A DNA stretch of 64,000 nucleotides from Octopus bimaculoides. Lineage: Eukaryota. The translations under genes and the position numbers were made by a program. Below the pieces are notes generated by a model. It was not told the origin of the DNA. It saw only the letters and a program-made list of their open reading frames with translations, and searched no databases. Positions 23,308 to 37,965 of this stretch are shown here, piece by piece (the stretch's first letter is position 1; every line of letters begins with the position of its first letter). The DNA lies in NCBI RefSeq assembly GCF_001194135.2, contig NC_068987.1, positions 98,405,057 through 98,469,056 on the forward strand, read 5' to 3'.

Positions 23308-24901
23308 CAGACAAAAGTGAAGGAGTGGTAAACACATACACTCGTAAATGACTTACAATAACCCATCATACTATTTTATATATTATATATATCTAAATAC
23401 TTTAATATTATAGACACAATCCCTGGGGAAAGAAACAAACAGAAAAAGAAGAGAGAAAAACCTATAAATCATGATTATTCAATTGTCCATTAGTTTATAA
23501 TGTTTACTGTCTCTGAGGTTAAACCAACGCAAGCAGTTAGAAAATAGATTCGCACGCATACATTCATATTTACCTACATACACAAATACACACATATACA
23601 TACATACGTAATACCTATATTCATATATGTATATGTACGTATATGTGCTTGCGTATGTGTGTATGTGTGTGTGTATATATGTGTGTGTGTGTGTATGTGT
23701 GTGTGTGTGTGCGTGTGTACATAAACATATTCACATACACATACACGCACGCACTTATATAGTTGTTTCAGGTTATGACGTATCATTACTCAGTGTTAAA
23801 TTTGTCTCTCCATGAAAATTTCTCAGATGAAAATGTTTGCTGTTGCTAATACTTTTCAAGTTGGTTTAACACCGTATCTTTTGCACATTTTTTTTTCACT
23901 CCCTTGCATCATGCTCACTGGATGACGATCCACAAATTGTGCTACGTTTCACTCTTTATTTTCATTCAATGGGGATCGAAAATGATCCCAATGCTATCCA
24001 AGTAACACTTATTTATTGGCGGAATGTAATAATATTACTCTGAATGTTATTTAACATCTTTATTATTTTGCTTCAGATGCAATACTTTCTCCGGCAAAGG
24101 TTGTAGTAAATAAAGAAGTGTATAATTTTTTTCGTAGTTCACTGTAGACAACGTCGTATCAAAGATTCTCTCTCTTTCTCCCCTTTTATATTCATATATA
24201 TTATAACTTGAGCGGTACAGTGTTCGTTTCTCTGTAGATACATACTGGGCACTTTATTCCCTCTTCTAACGGTGTTTATCGAATTTTCTAAGCTGCTTTC
24301 ACACCCAGCCTGTGCTCAAGTGTTCCTTTATTTACTGTAGATTACCAATTCACACGGTGCTTCCAAGTTTGTTTACTACATACATACATACATACATACA
24401 TACATACACACATACATACGTGTATATATATANNNNNNNNNNNNNNNNNNNNNNNNNNNNNNNNNNNNNNNNNNNNNNNNNNNNNNNNNNNNNNNNNNNN
24501 NNNNNNNNNNNNNNNNNNNNNNNNNNNNNNNNNNNNNNNNNNNNNNNNNNNNNNNNNNNNNNNNNNNNNNNNNNNNNNNNNNNNNNNNNNNNNNNNNNNN
24601 NNNNNNNNNNNNNNNNNNNNNNNNNNNNNNNNNNNNNNNNNNNNNNNNNNNNNNNNNNNNNNNNNNNNNNNNNNNNNNNNNNNNNNNNNNNNNNNNNNNN
24701 NNNNNNNNNNNNNNNNNNNNNNNNNNNNNNNNNNNNNNNNNNNNNNNNNNNNNNNNNNNNNNNNNNNNNNNNNNNNNNNNNNNNNNNNNNNNNNNNNNNN
24801 NNNNNNNNNNNNNNNNNNNNNNNNNNNNNNNNNNNNNNNNNNNNNNNNNNNNNNNNNNNNNNNNNNNNNNNNNNNNNNNNNNNNNGTGTGTGTGTGTGTG
24901 T

Positions 24902-24935
<34 letters not shown>

Positions 24936-25014
24936 CTATGTCTGTGTGTGTTTGTATGTATGTATATATATATATATGTATGCATGCATGTATATATGTA
25001 TATATATATATATG

Positions 25015-25053
<39 letters not shown>

Positions 25054-25449
25054 GTATATATATATATATATGTTGAACAAACTTAGAAGCAGCGTGTGAA
25101 TTGGTAATCTACAGAAAATAAAAGAATTTGGTATTGAGTCCTAATTCCCGTATTTGTTTTACTATGCATAAACACAGATGCACACACAAACACGTACACA
25201 CTCACTAACATACACACAAACACACACACATGTATGCATGCATATATATATATTATATAAATATATATATGCATGTATGTATGTATATATATTTATATGT
25301 AAATCTATATCTACGTGTGTGTGTGTGTGAATGTGTTTGTGTATGTACGTACTTCTTCTATAAAATGTATGCGTGTTTCACATTTATTCACATCAGAATA
25401 CGCATTCACACATATATCGCCTGAAATAATATCGAGAAGTTAACAATGA

Positions 25450-25730
25450 CCGACTTTAAATTAAATCAACTACTAACAATACTTGCGGCTTCTCCATCAA
25501 AATCATCATCAACTAAGTCACCCTCAGCATCATCAGCAACGTTGTCGTCATCATGGACATCATTATCAAAAGTAACCGCAGCAACAGCAGCAGCAGCAAC
25601 ACCGCCACAAACACCACCGCCACAAACACCACCGCCACCACTACAACTACGACAGCCACCGTTACCTTTATATTCTACATTATTGACATCATCCTCGCCG
25701 TCGTTCTCATCGTCAGCAGCACCTTCAATT
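25450..25730. repeat. Degenerate multi-triplet low-complexity tract with a short 15-bp tandem (CCGCCACAAACACCA)
   Basis: Directly visible CAT/CAG/CCA/ACA triplet runs. Confidence 0.85.
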
Positions 25731-26205
25731 TTGTGATTTCTTCCCCTTCAGGGTTTATATTATTTTTTCTTCTTACACTTATTTCTCTCTCTATCTTTCT
25801 CTCCCACTCTCTTTCTCTCTCTAGCATTCTTTTGAACCTTTACCTCCCTCTCTAAATCATTCTTGTCTATGAATCCTTTTCTCTCTCTGTTTGTGTCCTT
25901 GTTCCTTTCTCTACATGTTTTTCTGTTACGTTCGCGCATTTCTTTTGCTCATTTTCTTTGAGAATCAATCAACAGACTGTCGTTCCACATCTGCAATGAA
26001 TTCCCTCAACAGACTAAACTAGATTATCTGAAACTAATCTCGAATTCTTATTCTAAACACTCACTTAGCTTTTCCCTAAAGTCTCATCTCTTAATATTCA
26101 ATTTTACCTTTATTATCTACTATGTATATATATACAACACACACACGTGTGTATGCATACATACATACACACAGAAACACACACGCTCACACAGACAGAC
26201 AGACA

Positions 26206-26245
<40 letters not shown>

Positions 26246-26312
26246 TATATGAATGTGTGTGTGTGTATATATCTACCTGTACATATAAACACATACATAG
26301 ATACATATACTG

Positions 26313-26345
<33 letters not shown>

Positions 26346-26846
26346 NNNNNNNNNNNNNNNNNNNNNNNNNNNNNNNNNNNNNNNNNNNNNNNNNNNNNNN
26401 NNNNNNNNNNNNNNNNNNNNNNNNNNNNNNNNNNNNNNNNNNNNNNNNNNNNNNNNNNNNNNNNNNNNNNNNNNNNNNNNNNNNNNNNNNNNNNNNNNNN
26501 NNNNNNNNNNNNNNNNNNNNNNNNNNNNNNNNNNNNNNNNNNNNNNNNNNNNNNNNNNNNNNNNNNNNNNNNNNNNNNNNNNNNNNNNNNNNNNNNNNNN
26601 NNNNNNNNNNNNNNNNNNNNNNNNNNNNNNNNNNNNNNNNNNNNNNNNNNNNNNNNNNNNNNNNNNNNNNNNNNNNNNNNNNNNNNNNNNNNNNNNNNNN
26701 NNNNNNNNNNNNNNNNNNNNNNNNNNNNNNNNNNNNNNNNNNNNNNNNNNNNNNNNNNNNNNNNNNNNNNNNNNNNNNNNNNNNNNNNNNNNNNNNNNNN
26801 NNNNNNNNNNNNNNNNNNNNNNNNNNNNNNNNNNNNNNNNNNNNNN

Positions 26847-26889
<43 letters not shown>

Positions 26890-27473
26890 TATATATACAT
26901 ACATACATACATACATACATACATGCATAGATACATTCATACATACATAAATACATATACACAGATAAACACACATACAAATGTGCAATGAAGTAGATAC
27001 TTATGTATATATTGACAATATTGGAAACGTTTGTGAGAAGTTTTTAGTCTGAGAGAAAATTCACTTGATTTTTTAAAATTTTTGTACGGGGTAAATCTAA
27101 AACAGGCTCCCTTATCACCTCGCCAGCATCACTAATACAATTACTGCCCCATTTTAATGCTAAACAAACAATCTAAAACTTAATTAATCTTCTGTATAAA
27201 TTCAAACAAATATTTTAGCACTGTGAATGAACTCTAATTAATGAAACAAAACAATTACATCATTATTATCCAAAAACTAAGAATGTTTGTCACTCTCAAG
27301 GGGTTAGTTCTCTTGAAAGCTGTGTTATCGCTGTACCTAGTCGTCAATATGATTTCTCTTAATATCTAGAATTGTTATTACATATTAGGTGAAAAACCTG
27401 CAAGATATAACACTGAGATTTCCCTCCCAAACCAAAGGCTAATGTCATTATATAATATATATAAAAGTGAGTT

Positions 27474-27582
<109 letters not shown>

Positions 27583-27894
27583 ATGTCCCTTATGCATTCC
27601 AAAACCGAGTTTGTCGTTTTTGACGTTTGGAGTATCAAAAGTTTCAGTAAGCTTTTGACTCCCAACTAAACTATATTTTCATTCATCTATTTGCATTACA
27701 AAAATTTAAGATTATCAAATTTCTTTTAGTCACCTATCGTAAACGACATATTTTACCACCACTTCTACAACGACGATGACATCACATTTTCAATATGTGT
27801 TCGCGTGTTCGTTATGTACGTTATGCCGATGACTGATAAATATATGTGTGTAACTGTCAGTATACATACATCTTTGTGACGACTGACACACACG

Positions 27895-27925
<31 letters not shown>

Positions 27926-28791
27926 ATCTGAAAACAGAAACAGGCACACAAACACAAGGACAGAGATAGGCTTCAGGTGTGCGTTAATGTACGTGTCTGT
28001 GTCTCTTAGTTTATGTATGTAAATCCCCCAAACAGTGAAACGCGCTGATATTGAAAGTTTACTTGCGGCCTGGACTTCAAACAAACAACAACGTTTACTT
28101 TCAAGTACTACCAACATGAAGATTTGGCTGATTTAACACCACTCACAATACTCGCAAATATATCTAAAAAATATATTATTCTGGTTATTATAACAAATTC
28201 GGGAACTTGGTGAAGCAGAAAGCCTCAGCAGCTCTTTCAATATAATTACAGAAATGTTACTCCACTCTTTCTAACCAGTTTCAAGATAATGTTTTTTTAA
28301 CAGTCCTTGTATTCTTTATTACTGTGAATATCAACGTCGCACAACCTTTTTACTGCATTACTCAGTATTTATTCCACAGCCTATAATGTTACACAGTTCA
28401 AAAACAACATCTTCCCTTTCATATATTTAGTTTAGCGTTCGTTTCAAAATTGTAAAATAATTTTTGTATGAAAAATTGAATTATGCCTTCTGAATTTTCT
28501 TGGACTTTCACTTTCTTCAAAGCGACATTCATTCAGGCCTGAATTTTATAACATTCAGTACATGTTCAAAATAAATGTCGACTTTCTGTACTTTCTTACG
28601 TTGGTGACGCATACTAACTTTTGCTAAATTTGTGACTTTCCATTTTTCTATTGCATAACTATGCTACAGAAAGTATGTTTTGCACCTATATTGACTACAT
28701 TTCGTTTCGCTTGAACTTCGTGTATGTACTTTTTGCTGTCTTCAATATTATCAATTCTATGTGAGTGTGTTTCTGCGCTCGTTACTATAGT

Positions 28792-29345
28792 AAAGAACAT
28801 TTTACGCTGTTTTAATGAACACAGATCTAATGAAATACCTATCCTTATGGTTGGTGATCCCATTGAAAATCATGATATTCTCATTCGTGTTCAAGATAAC
28901 AACCTTGAACGTGTTTCACAGACTCATCCCTCTTATGATGCTCTCCAGCATAATCTTATTCTGTAGAATGGAGAAGAGAAGATTTCTCGGATCGAAACTG
29001 CAACAGGATCTCCAATTACAAACAAAAGGGTGTCGTTAAATGACTTCTATTTTTACCAACTCATCAGAACAATCAAATCCTTTCTATTACAAGCACAAGG
29101 CCTGAAATTTCGGGGTAGGGGACCAGTCGATTACAACGGCTGCAGTGTCTCAATGGTACTTCATTTATCGATACCGAAAGTCTGAAAGACAAAGTTGACC
29201 CCGACGGCATTTGAACTCAGAACGTAAAGACGGGCGAAATAGCGCTCAAGCATTTTGCTCGGTATCCTAATGATTCTGCCAGCTCACCGCGTTCCAAAAC
29301 AATCAAATCAGTTACACATGTCAAATAAACTTTAGTTTCAATTAC
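28792..29345 (+). mobile_element. Helitron Rep/helicase N-terminal fragment, split by a SINE
   Basis: RCFNEHRSNEIPILMVGDPIENHDILIRVQDNNLERVSQTHPSYDALQHNLIL*NGEE..KRVSLNDFYFYQLIR, resuming after the SINE as EQSNQLHMSNKL*FQ. Matches the Helitron pattern RFN.P...EVA..RD(I)...L.RVSETHRSYDALQYP..VS...YY.YRLM.R. Confidence 0.85.
29080..29297 (-). mobile_element. SINE family 2 with a 12-bp TSD
   Basis: AACAATCAAATC is duplicated at 29068-29079 and 29298-29309. Confidence 0.9.
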
Positions 29346-29957
29346 ATATTTTCAACGTTATCTTAATAACCCGCTGTAGTTATTTCAAATACACTTCTCT
29401 ACGACCACGTTTCATTACAAAAGGAAAATTGTTTTACAGTTTCAATTTGAAATAAAATTACAAAGTGTTGCATTACGAGAGTCACGATGTGTGAATGAGG
29501 AAAGTAATATTTCTCCAAATTAGATACGTGTGTATTATAATAAAGAAAGCTGCTTCTTATCTATTTACCAAATAAACTATGTTTTTGACCCAACAACTCT
29601 TTTTTACAACTAAAATAATCTCAGCAACCAGGTTGGGTCGCACAATTTTGAGGTCATTTTCGGACAAAATTTTGATTTGCTTCTAATGTATTACTTTCGT
29701 CCGATGTTTCACACATGCGTAGAATTCTACTCAGACATAAAAATGTACACATAAATATTGTATTAAAATAAGCCACAACCAAAAGCATTGCATTAAAAGA
29801 CATCTATTTTTTATGTTATCAGGAAATACACCCTCACACATATACATACACACTCACACACACACACACTCTCTTTCTCTCTCTCTCTCTCTCCCCCTCT
29901 CTTTCTCTATCTCTTTCAAGCACAAAAAATATATATGCATATGTATTTATGGGTTAA

Positions 29958-30031
29958 GGTCAAGAATACGCACTCCCGGTGTTTAGAGTTGGGGGTTACG
30001 TCCAAAATGGGCGGTGTGCGTATTCTTTACC
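29958..30031. mobile_element. 74-bp MITE-like hairpin with 16-bp TIRs
   Basis: GGTCAAGAATACGCAC ... GTGCGTATTCTTTACC, preceded by TTAA on the left only. Confidence 0.5.
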
Positions 30032-30162
30032 TCCGCCGATTTATATACGTGTATATGAAAGATAATGTGTGTGAGATAGAGAAAGATGGAGCGGGTGAGT
30101 GCCACTTGCACATATATGCAAACAAATTCATACATCACAACACACACTTTAATTCACTTTCT

Positions 30163-30203
<41 letters not shown>

Positions 30204-30213
30204 NNNNNNNNNN

Positions 30214-30252
<39 letters not shown>

Positions 30253-31924
30253 ACACATACACACGTCCATTTCATATACACGTGCATCTTACACTTTCTC
30301 CTCTCTTTTACTTTCTCCTTTCACTTCAAAGCAAATGTCACCTTTCACTATCCTCTCTTTCAAATTCTGCGCTCTTCAAATCATACAGAAATTAAAACAA
30401 TTTTACGGAAATTAACAAACAATCATATGATCCCATATATGTCGAGTTGACAACTTTGCTTCTTCAAATGAAAGAATGCCATAAAATGACACACACACAT
30501 GCATACGCACAATCCAGATTATACCTTTTTGCAAATTATGTTAATTCTTGCAGTGTGCACCTGCAAATTTACAGCCCAAACCTAATTGAAATGATCTTTT
30601 TCTATTGTGTAATTTGTGTTTCTGATGAGCGTATTTAAAAACCTGATCTTCGATGTAAACTTAAAAGGAAGTTTTGCCAGAAATCCTATTCTTTACCGCT
30701 TCTTTCTAGCATGTCTGTGGTGACATTACCGCCCCCACCACCTTATTTTTTTCCTAAATTTATTCCGATTCCTATGTTTGCGATACAGGTGATTAGAATT
30801 TCACCCACAAAACACATTTTCAATATTGTAATTTTCTCCCTCTCCACACCAAATTAATTTCTTACTTTTTTCAAATTTTTATTCTTGGTAATCCATGAAG
30901 AAAAACAGAGAGTATGAATCTTTAAGAATTTTACTCATCACCTCATCACTTTCAAAGAGCTACACACTCCCAATGTTTCACTTTTAGCTTGTTTGGAAAT
31001 TAGTGGATTTTCTTCAGAAATAATGTCGTTTACCTGTTGTTTCTATCATATCGTGTTTTCTGGTAGTGGTCTGGCATTTTTCAAGTCTACTATTTCAGTA
31101 TAATTCTACGCATGCTGGAAACATCAAACAAAAGTGAAAGATTGGGAGATTTTAACTCTTTGAAAACTGGTAGGTGATTGGTGGCCGAGGTGTGGGAAAG
31201 GGTATTGAGTGTTTCCTTAAGAAAAATTAAAATTAAAAAAGAAATATATATATATTTCTCAGATTCGTAATATCTGTATTTTTCTATGTAGATAACAAAA
31301 AAAAAAAATAATAAATAAAACATAAAAAATTAAAAAAATTGAAAATGAGTTAAAAATCAAGAAATTGCGGTGGGGATAGAGGGAAATAAAAATTTTGAAA
31401 ACGTGATTTCTGGACAAAATCGTATTAACCCCCTTTTATACGATGAAACAATAATAGTTTCTGACCCTTCTTTAGAACAGAAATCACTTTCATGCAAACG
31501 CATGCAAATTGTATCCTCTCCCTCCACTATTAAACAAAAAAATAACTTCCATTATTCCATTAACCATAACAAAGAAGCAAATAATACAATGTGCTTGTAG
31601 GTAATAACACCCTGGCAACGCCGGGATGCATTGCGAATTTTTAGTCAAAGAATAGCTTAGTCTAAGTCAGAAAATCTATAGAATTTTGCAGATGGCATGT
31701 ATGCTTTTGTACACGGTTTTCTGCAACATGATAACTCTAAGTTACGTTTGCTCATCAGGAGATCCTTCAGTGCCGATTCAGGAAATATGTATTTCAGAGA
31801 AAAGTCTGCTACTGAAATATCAAATGTTCAATACTTGGCGAGATATTACTGGCACTCCGTCACTTACAACGACAAGGGTTCCAGTTGATGTGATTAAGGG
31901 AACAACATGCTTGTGAAATTAACG

Positions 31925-32163
31925 TGCAATTTGTAGAGCACCCACAGATATTCGTACTCTAAACGTAGTTCTCAGGGAAATTCAGCGTGACACAATGTGT
32001 CAAAGCCGATCCTTTCAAATACTGGTACAACTCATATTTGCCAGCAGAGTGGACTGGAGCAATGTGAAATAAGGTGTCTTGCCCCAGGAAATAAGGTGTC
32101 TTGCCGCCAGTTATCGAACTCAACACCTTGCGATTTTGAGCCGAATACTATAACCACTTAGCC
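31925..32163 (-). mobile_element. tRNA-derived SINE (additional family)
   Basis: Minus strand begins GGCTAAGTGGTT (A box-like) ... GAGTTCGAT (B box), followed by a ..GGCAAGACACCTTATTTC.. body containing a short internal duplication. Confidence 0.65.
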
Positions 32164-32690
32164 TGTACCTTTACTTGGAGGGATATATCCACAACTTTGA
32201 TATCAATCAGTAACACCTTTCAGTATTTCGATATTTTAATGATAGCTTCCGGAATCCTAACATTTTAAGTGTCTGTATCTTCAAGTGGTGCTTTACTCAC
32301 ACATCGTTAGCAACCCCACCCAAAAGAAGTGAAAGTGGTTAGATAGATTCTTGTGACAGTGATAGTAGTAATACATATGCGACAGAGACTATCACAAATC
32401 TCGGAAATAAAATCTTAAGATACGTGAGTGTTTTATCTTCGTAAGATAGATAATTCTGAGATTTCTTGCTGTTGGGATAACCTCAGCTACATTTTAGGTC
32501 AAATAAACAGATATTTTCGTGTTCGGCATCATTATATTTAGCTATATATCACCGAACATGAAATCTTGATCCTCCAAATATTTTGCTAAGATGTCTTATT
32601 CGAACGAAAGTATTCTCACATTGACTATATATTCAGACTCATGTTCTCTTGGTAGGCCAGATACGGAAGGACTATACACATCAAATATTA

Positions 32691-32976
32691 TACGAGGGGT
32701 GTTCATTAAAGATTTCCCATTACACACTTAGGATTATTACAGGAAACAGAACTTGGACAGGTACAATTATAAAAGTCTCTACATGTCACATTCTAAATTG
32801 CAGCTTTCCACTAGTATTCTTTTGTCTTTTACGACTGGTGGAGTGGACTAAGGTGTTGTAATGGAGGCAGTTGAATGCAGATCAGTGATCAAGTTCTTAT
32901 ACTGGAAAGATCCTACACCAAAAAAGATTTTCTGTGAGACGAAAAAGTTAATGGGGACGATGCACCATCATACAAC

Positions 32977-32978
<2 letters not shown>
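32691..32978 (+). mobile_element. Mariner transposon 5' end, truncated by (TA)n
   Basis: TA-CGAGGGGTGTTCATTAAA terminus. ORF from 32861: MEAVECRSVIKFLYWKDPTPKKIFCE..(frameshift)GDDAPSYNV, a mariner N-terminal HTH pattern. Confidence 0.82.
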
Positions 32979-33026
<48 letters not shown>

Positions 33027-33329
33027 ATATACATACACTGACATCCCAAAAGTAAATGGATACCTTTCCTTACCTCATTATACTGCTCTGTCTGTGTGGA
33101 CAGTACTCATTAGTACGATGTCCAAATTCTGTAAATTATAAAAAAAAACTGTACAATTATATTTGCTAAGTACTCGATTAAGTTTTTAAATGCATGAAAC
33201 GACAATATTTTCGAACGAATATTTGCATATTTACTACTATTCAGACGGAATATATGCTAGTCGCTATAGTTTACATCAAAAGAGAAGCACCTGTCTCTTT
33301 ATGACAATAGTGTCTTTAACGTAGATGAT

Positions 33330-33375
33330 TCTGGAATACCGCAGTTTCGACTTGTTGTGTCTCTTCAGTCACAGA
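33330..33375 (-). ncRNA. Type-I hammerhead ribozyme-like motif (best conserved in the window)
   Basis: RNA: UCUGUGA-CUGAAGA-GAC-ACAACAA-GUC-GAAA-C-UGCG-G-UA-UUCCAGA. Stem I has 6 of 7 pairs (one G-U), the core is canonical and the cleavage triplet is GUA. Confidence 0.72.
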
Positions 33376-33652
33376 CGTCGAACATCTAAGTCTTGCCAAG
33401 CAGCTGGTTTTTGCTTACACTTTTAGCGAGCAAATTGTTTGCTCATCGGTGCATTTATCTGCCAACCGATATAAATCAGTATTTGTACTGAATACAACAG
33501 ATCTGGAATGATCTCTATGAAATCTAATCGATAATGTAGTAAATGACTATTATCTTCACGTTAAACTGTTTTTCTGTGTATAGCATCCAAACGAGGTGTA
33601 TACCGAAGGCTACGCTTCAGTCATGGATATCTTGTGTGTGTGTATATATACA

Positions 33653-33684
<32 letters not shown>

Positions 33685-33690
33685 CATACA

Positions 33691-33751
<61 letters not shown>

Positions 33752-34295
33752 ACGCACACACATGTATGGTATGCTTTTTTGAAATTAGAGTTGTTTTATT
33801 TTTCGTCGTCTATCAATATATAACCTAAAATCTGTTGCTGATGAATGAGATTGATCGATCAATATTGAACCCCCTCTATATTGGAAGTGAACTCTTTGTC
33901 TCCATTCGTAGGAAATAAAAGTTTATTAGATTCTTCAACCTTTCGGAGCTTTTATTACAGCGATTTTATTATTATTGGCGTTTTGTGGGGAACGAAAAAG
34001 CTATTTCATTGCTATATACGAGTGTCTTTTCACGTATTGTAGAATGGTGTGTATGCTAAGTTTGAAACACATATTTGAGAAGTTTATATATTTTCTTATA
34101 TGAACAAGTTTTACCACCACCGGGATATATTCCAGGTTTCCTTTATAAAATCAGGATAATATATTTTGGTTTTAATGGAACACTTTATAAAAAGCAGTGC
34201 AGGAGAGAGAATTCTGGAGACAAATGGGTGAGGGTCTATGTCTGCGTACGAAGCAGCGACAGCAGCAGCACTTATAGTAGTAGTACTTAATAGTC

Positions 34296-34480
34296 TTTTC
34301 TACAGTAGGCACAAGGCCTGAAATTTTGGGGGAGGGGTATAGTCGATTTCATCGACCCCAGCGCTTCATTGATGCTATTTTCATAGACACCGAAAGGATG
34401 AAAGGACAATTCGAATTTGAACTCAAACAGACGAAATACCGCTAAGCATTTTACACAGCGTTTCAACTAGCTCGCCGCCT
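34296..34480 (-). mobile_element. SINE family 2 copy
   Basis: GGCACAAGGCCTGAAATTTTGGGGGAGGGG...GCTCGCCGCCT. Confidence 0.85.
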
Positions 34481-34507
34481 TAGTAGAAGTTAATAATAAG
34501 AATTACT

Positions 34508-34583
<76 letters not shown>

Positions 34584-37026
34584 GTCGTCCCTCAGGACTA
34601 ACATCACAAAACATCTGATTATTAGTGCAGTAGTATATTTCTGTGAGAAGTTTTATGTTTTCCTTGGCACCCTGTATCTTTGTAAATATATTTCCTTCCA
34701 TTTTCCTACTCGCAAGTGTTCATTCTGCGATTTATTTTAATAAATGTGTGCGGAATTACAGATTCAAATTGAAAATAATATTCTTGATTCATATATTTCC
34801 GATACACGAAAAAGGTGTTGTTTCACGAGAAGGAGTAAGTTTCCTTCATGGTAGAACGCAATAAATAATCATAATATCTTAAATTTCTCCCTATTTATTT
34901 TTCTGAATTTTCTTAGCTGTACGCTGTGAAGACTCAAATTTTAAAGAATTTTTTTTCTCTAAACAATTTCTCTAAGAAATGGCAAAATATACTCTCTTGC
35001 GTAATTAAATATTTAAGTAGTCACACATCAATGAACATTGTGGTGTTTCTATTCTTTATTTTGCTTTTCTCAAAATTCTTATCTAAAAACTTACAAATGC
35101 GAGTGGTGTACAAACACTAGTTTGAGATTTTTATTTAAACTATATCGTCCAAACGTGCCTACTTTTCATTTTCTGTACGGCTTTCGACAGTTCGCTTCTA
35201 TTTTCTGAACGGAATTCTTTTCCAGTCCATCTAAAGATATACTTTATGAATCTCTTTGGACTTTCACAAAACTCAAAGTCCCCTCACATTTACAGATCAT
35301 ACTTGATTGTTTACTCATGGTTGACTATATCATGTGGAGGTGTATCAAATAACCAACTAGTTTTCAAAATTGGCCAGATGCTAATTGTCGTAAATTTGTG
35401 GCTCGTTTCTCAATTAGGGCTTTAGTCTTCTGGCGCCAAATTGTTCTAGCTCTTAAGATAGAATGCTTGCTGCATCTCGTACCTTCAATGTATTTTTTTT
35501 TACATCCTTCAAATAGATTTTAATGTTTTGCAGAAGCTTTTTATAAATTGAAGACAGGAAGTTTTTCAGAAATTAGTTGTTCGTTGGAAGCGTATTTTTC
35601 GTCCAAAAGTAATTACTGTTATATGGTTTCAAAAAATCTTTGTTATATGGCTTCCAAAATTTGCAAATTTTCATAGACCAAATTTTAGGCTGAGATATTT
35701 TTAATTTAATTGTTATCACGTACATAGAAAAAGAATTTATCATAGTTCCTTTTGGAAGAAAGATTATATCATACATATGCAAAAGGAATCTAATATTGAA
35801 CGAATAAAATTCATATTTATCAAATTTTCCCTGATTATTAAGTTTTAATTAGATCCTGTAACCCTATGAGAATTATATATATATATATATATATATAAAC
35901 TCATACGCGTGCATGTAAACACACATGTTTCTAAACATGCATACGCATATTTACACCTGCATATATACCCACGCAATCATATCCATCTATATATATATAT
36001 ATATATGTATACATGTATGTTTGTATGTATGTATTATTTGATGCTTGTGTTTTGTTATAATAAAGACAGTTTTACATAAAACTGAATAATTACTCTATAC
36101 ATTTGCTAGGGTGCAAATTTATTATTCTTTAACAAGATTAGTATTGATAGTGACTTTGAAGTTTTGGTCAGCTAAGCCATCATCTGACTATGATGCATTT
36201 GAGTTCATCTTAGATTTATATAGGTTCTGCTAAGTTAATATATTCTAGAGTAAGCTGATTTCTGTCGAATGATAATTAGTTTGTATGCTAGGTTGTGATT
36301 GCAAGGTGTTATGGAGAATTTTTATTGATTAAATCGAGGGATGTACTATTGCTTAGAATTATTTATGCATATCCTACAAACTTCACCAGCTACACTGAAA
36401 TGTTAAAGTTTCTAAATAGCAAGCAAATAATTTCCAGAACAATGATTCCCTTGTGACAATCATGCTGACCAACAACTCTTACGCCGACCTATATAATTTT
36501 GTGAACACTAAACGTTTGATTTGCAAATTTTCAATACTAAAAACATTGTGGAATACCTAAGTAGCAAGCAACAACCTCCGAATACAAACATGTGAAAGAC
36601 CCTAACTAAATCCTTGCCAACAAACTAAGTCTTACTACCTACTTACATTTTTGTGTGAAGCCTGAAAAACCCTTTACCTAGAAGCTGATATATCTAATAA
36701 ATACACCTAGTTTCAAATGACCAACAATCTAAGTATTCTTTTTGTGAACGCCCATGACCTGAAGATGACATACCTAAATATACAAACCTGATTACATACT
36801 TCTTATTAAACAATAGCACGAATTTAATAAATAAAATTTTCCATAACAACTCATCCATACTATCTATTATACAGCCCAATTAACATTCAACAAAAGTCAA
36901 CTTACCGGAGAAAATTTTAACTAAACAGAGTGTATATCAACCAAGAAGGACTCAAATGCATCACTCTTTCGACGATGGCTTATCTGGCCGAAAATACAAA
37001 ATCACAGTCAATATTATTGCTAAAGA

Positions 37027-37086
<60 letters not shown>

Positions 37087-37090
<4 letters not shown>

Positions 37091-37295
37091 GCGCATGAAC
37101 TAGTGGTTGGGTGTTGCATCCCCGATTTAGCGACCGTGATTGCAATTCCTAGACAGAGTAGTGCGTTGTGTTGTTAAGCAAAACACTTTATCTCAAGGTA
37201 CTCTATGATCACCATGACACCTGACGCGTTGTACACCGTGCACCTATTCAGGCAACATCTATTTGATGGAGGGAGTGAGCTAATGTACAGCACAT
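37087..37295 (+). mobile_element. tRNA-derived SINE (further family, CORE-like box)
   Basis: Degenerate head GGGCGCATGAACTAGTGGTT, then TGTGTTGTTAAGCAAAACACTT, directly after (GT)n. Confidence 0.55.
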
Positions 37296-37403
37296 AATAC
37301 AAGTTGAAGGCTCATACATCGTCTTCGACGGAAGAGTTCGTTATACATACATACAAACAAACATACATACATACATACATACATACATACATACATACAT
37401 ACA

Positions 37404-37567
37404 GGCACAGGAGTGGCTGTGTGGTAAGTAGCTTGCCTACCAACCACAAGGGTTCCGGGTTCAGCCCCACTGCGTGGAATCTTGGGCAGATGTCTTCTAA
37501 CATAGCCTCGGGCCGACCAAAGCTTTGTGAGTGGATTTGTTAGACGGAAACTGAAAGAAGCCCGTCG

Positions 37568-37600
<33 letters not shown>

Positions 37601-37800
37601 CTGACTGTCTGTCTGTATTTGTCCCGCTAGCATTGCTTGACAACCGATGCTGGTTTGTTTATGTCTCCGTAACTTAGCGGTTCGTCAAAAGTTACCGATA
37701 GAATAAGTACTGGGCTTACAAAGTCTCGGGGTCGATTTGCTCGACTAAAGGCGGTGCTCCGCAGTCAAATGACTGAAACAAGTAAAAGAGTAAAAAGTAA
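37404..37800 (+). mobile_element. SINE family 1, near full length, embedded in (ACAT)n
   Basis: A and B boxes, internal microsatellite, GTAAAAGAG tail. Confidence 0.9.
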
Positions 37801-37933
37801 AGGGACATACATACATACATACATACATACATACATACATAAATACATGCATACATACATACATACATACATACATGCATAGATACATACATACATACAT
37901 ACATATACATACATACATACATACATACATACA

Positions 37934-37965
<32 letters not shown>

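Noticed and set aside
31690-31770. CTGATGA...GAAA on the minus strand as another hammerhead
   Set aside because: Extra nucleotides around GAAA and no stem I pairing.
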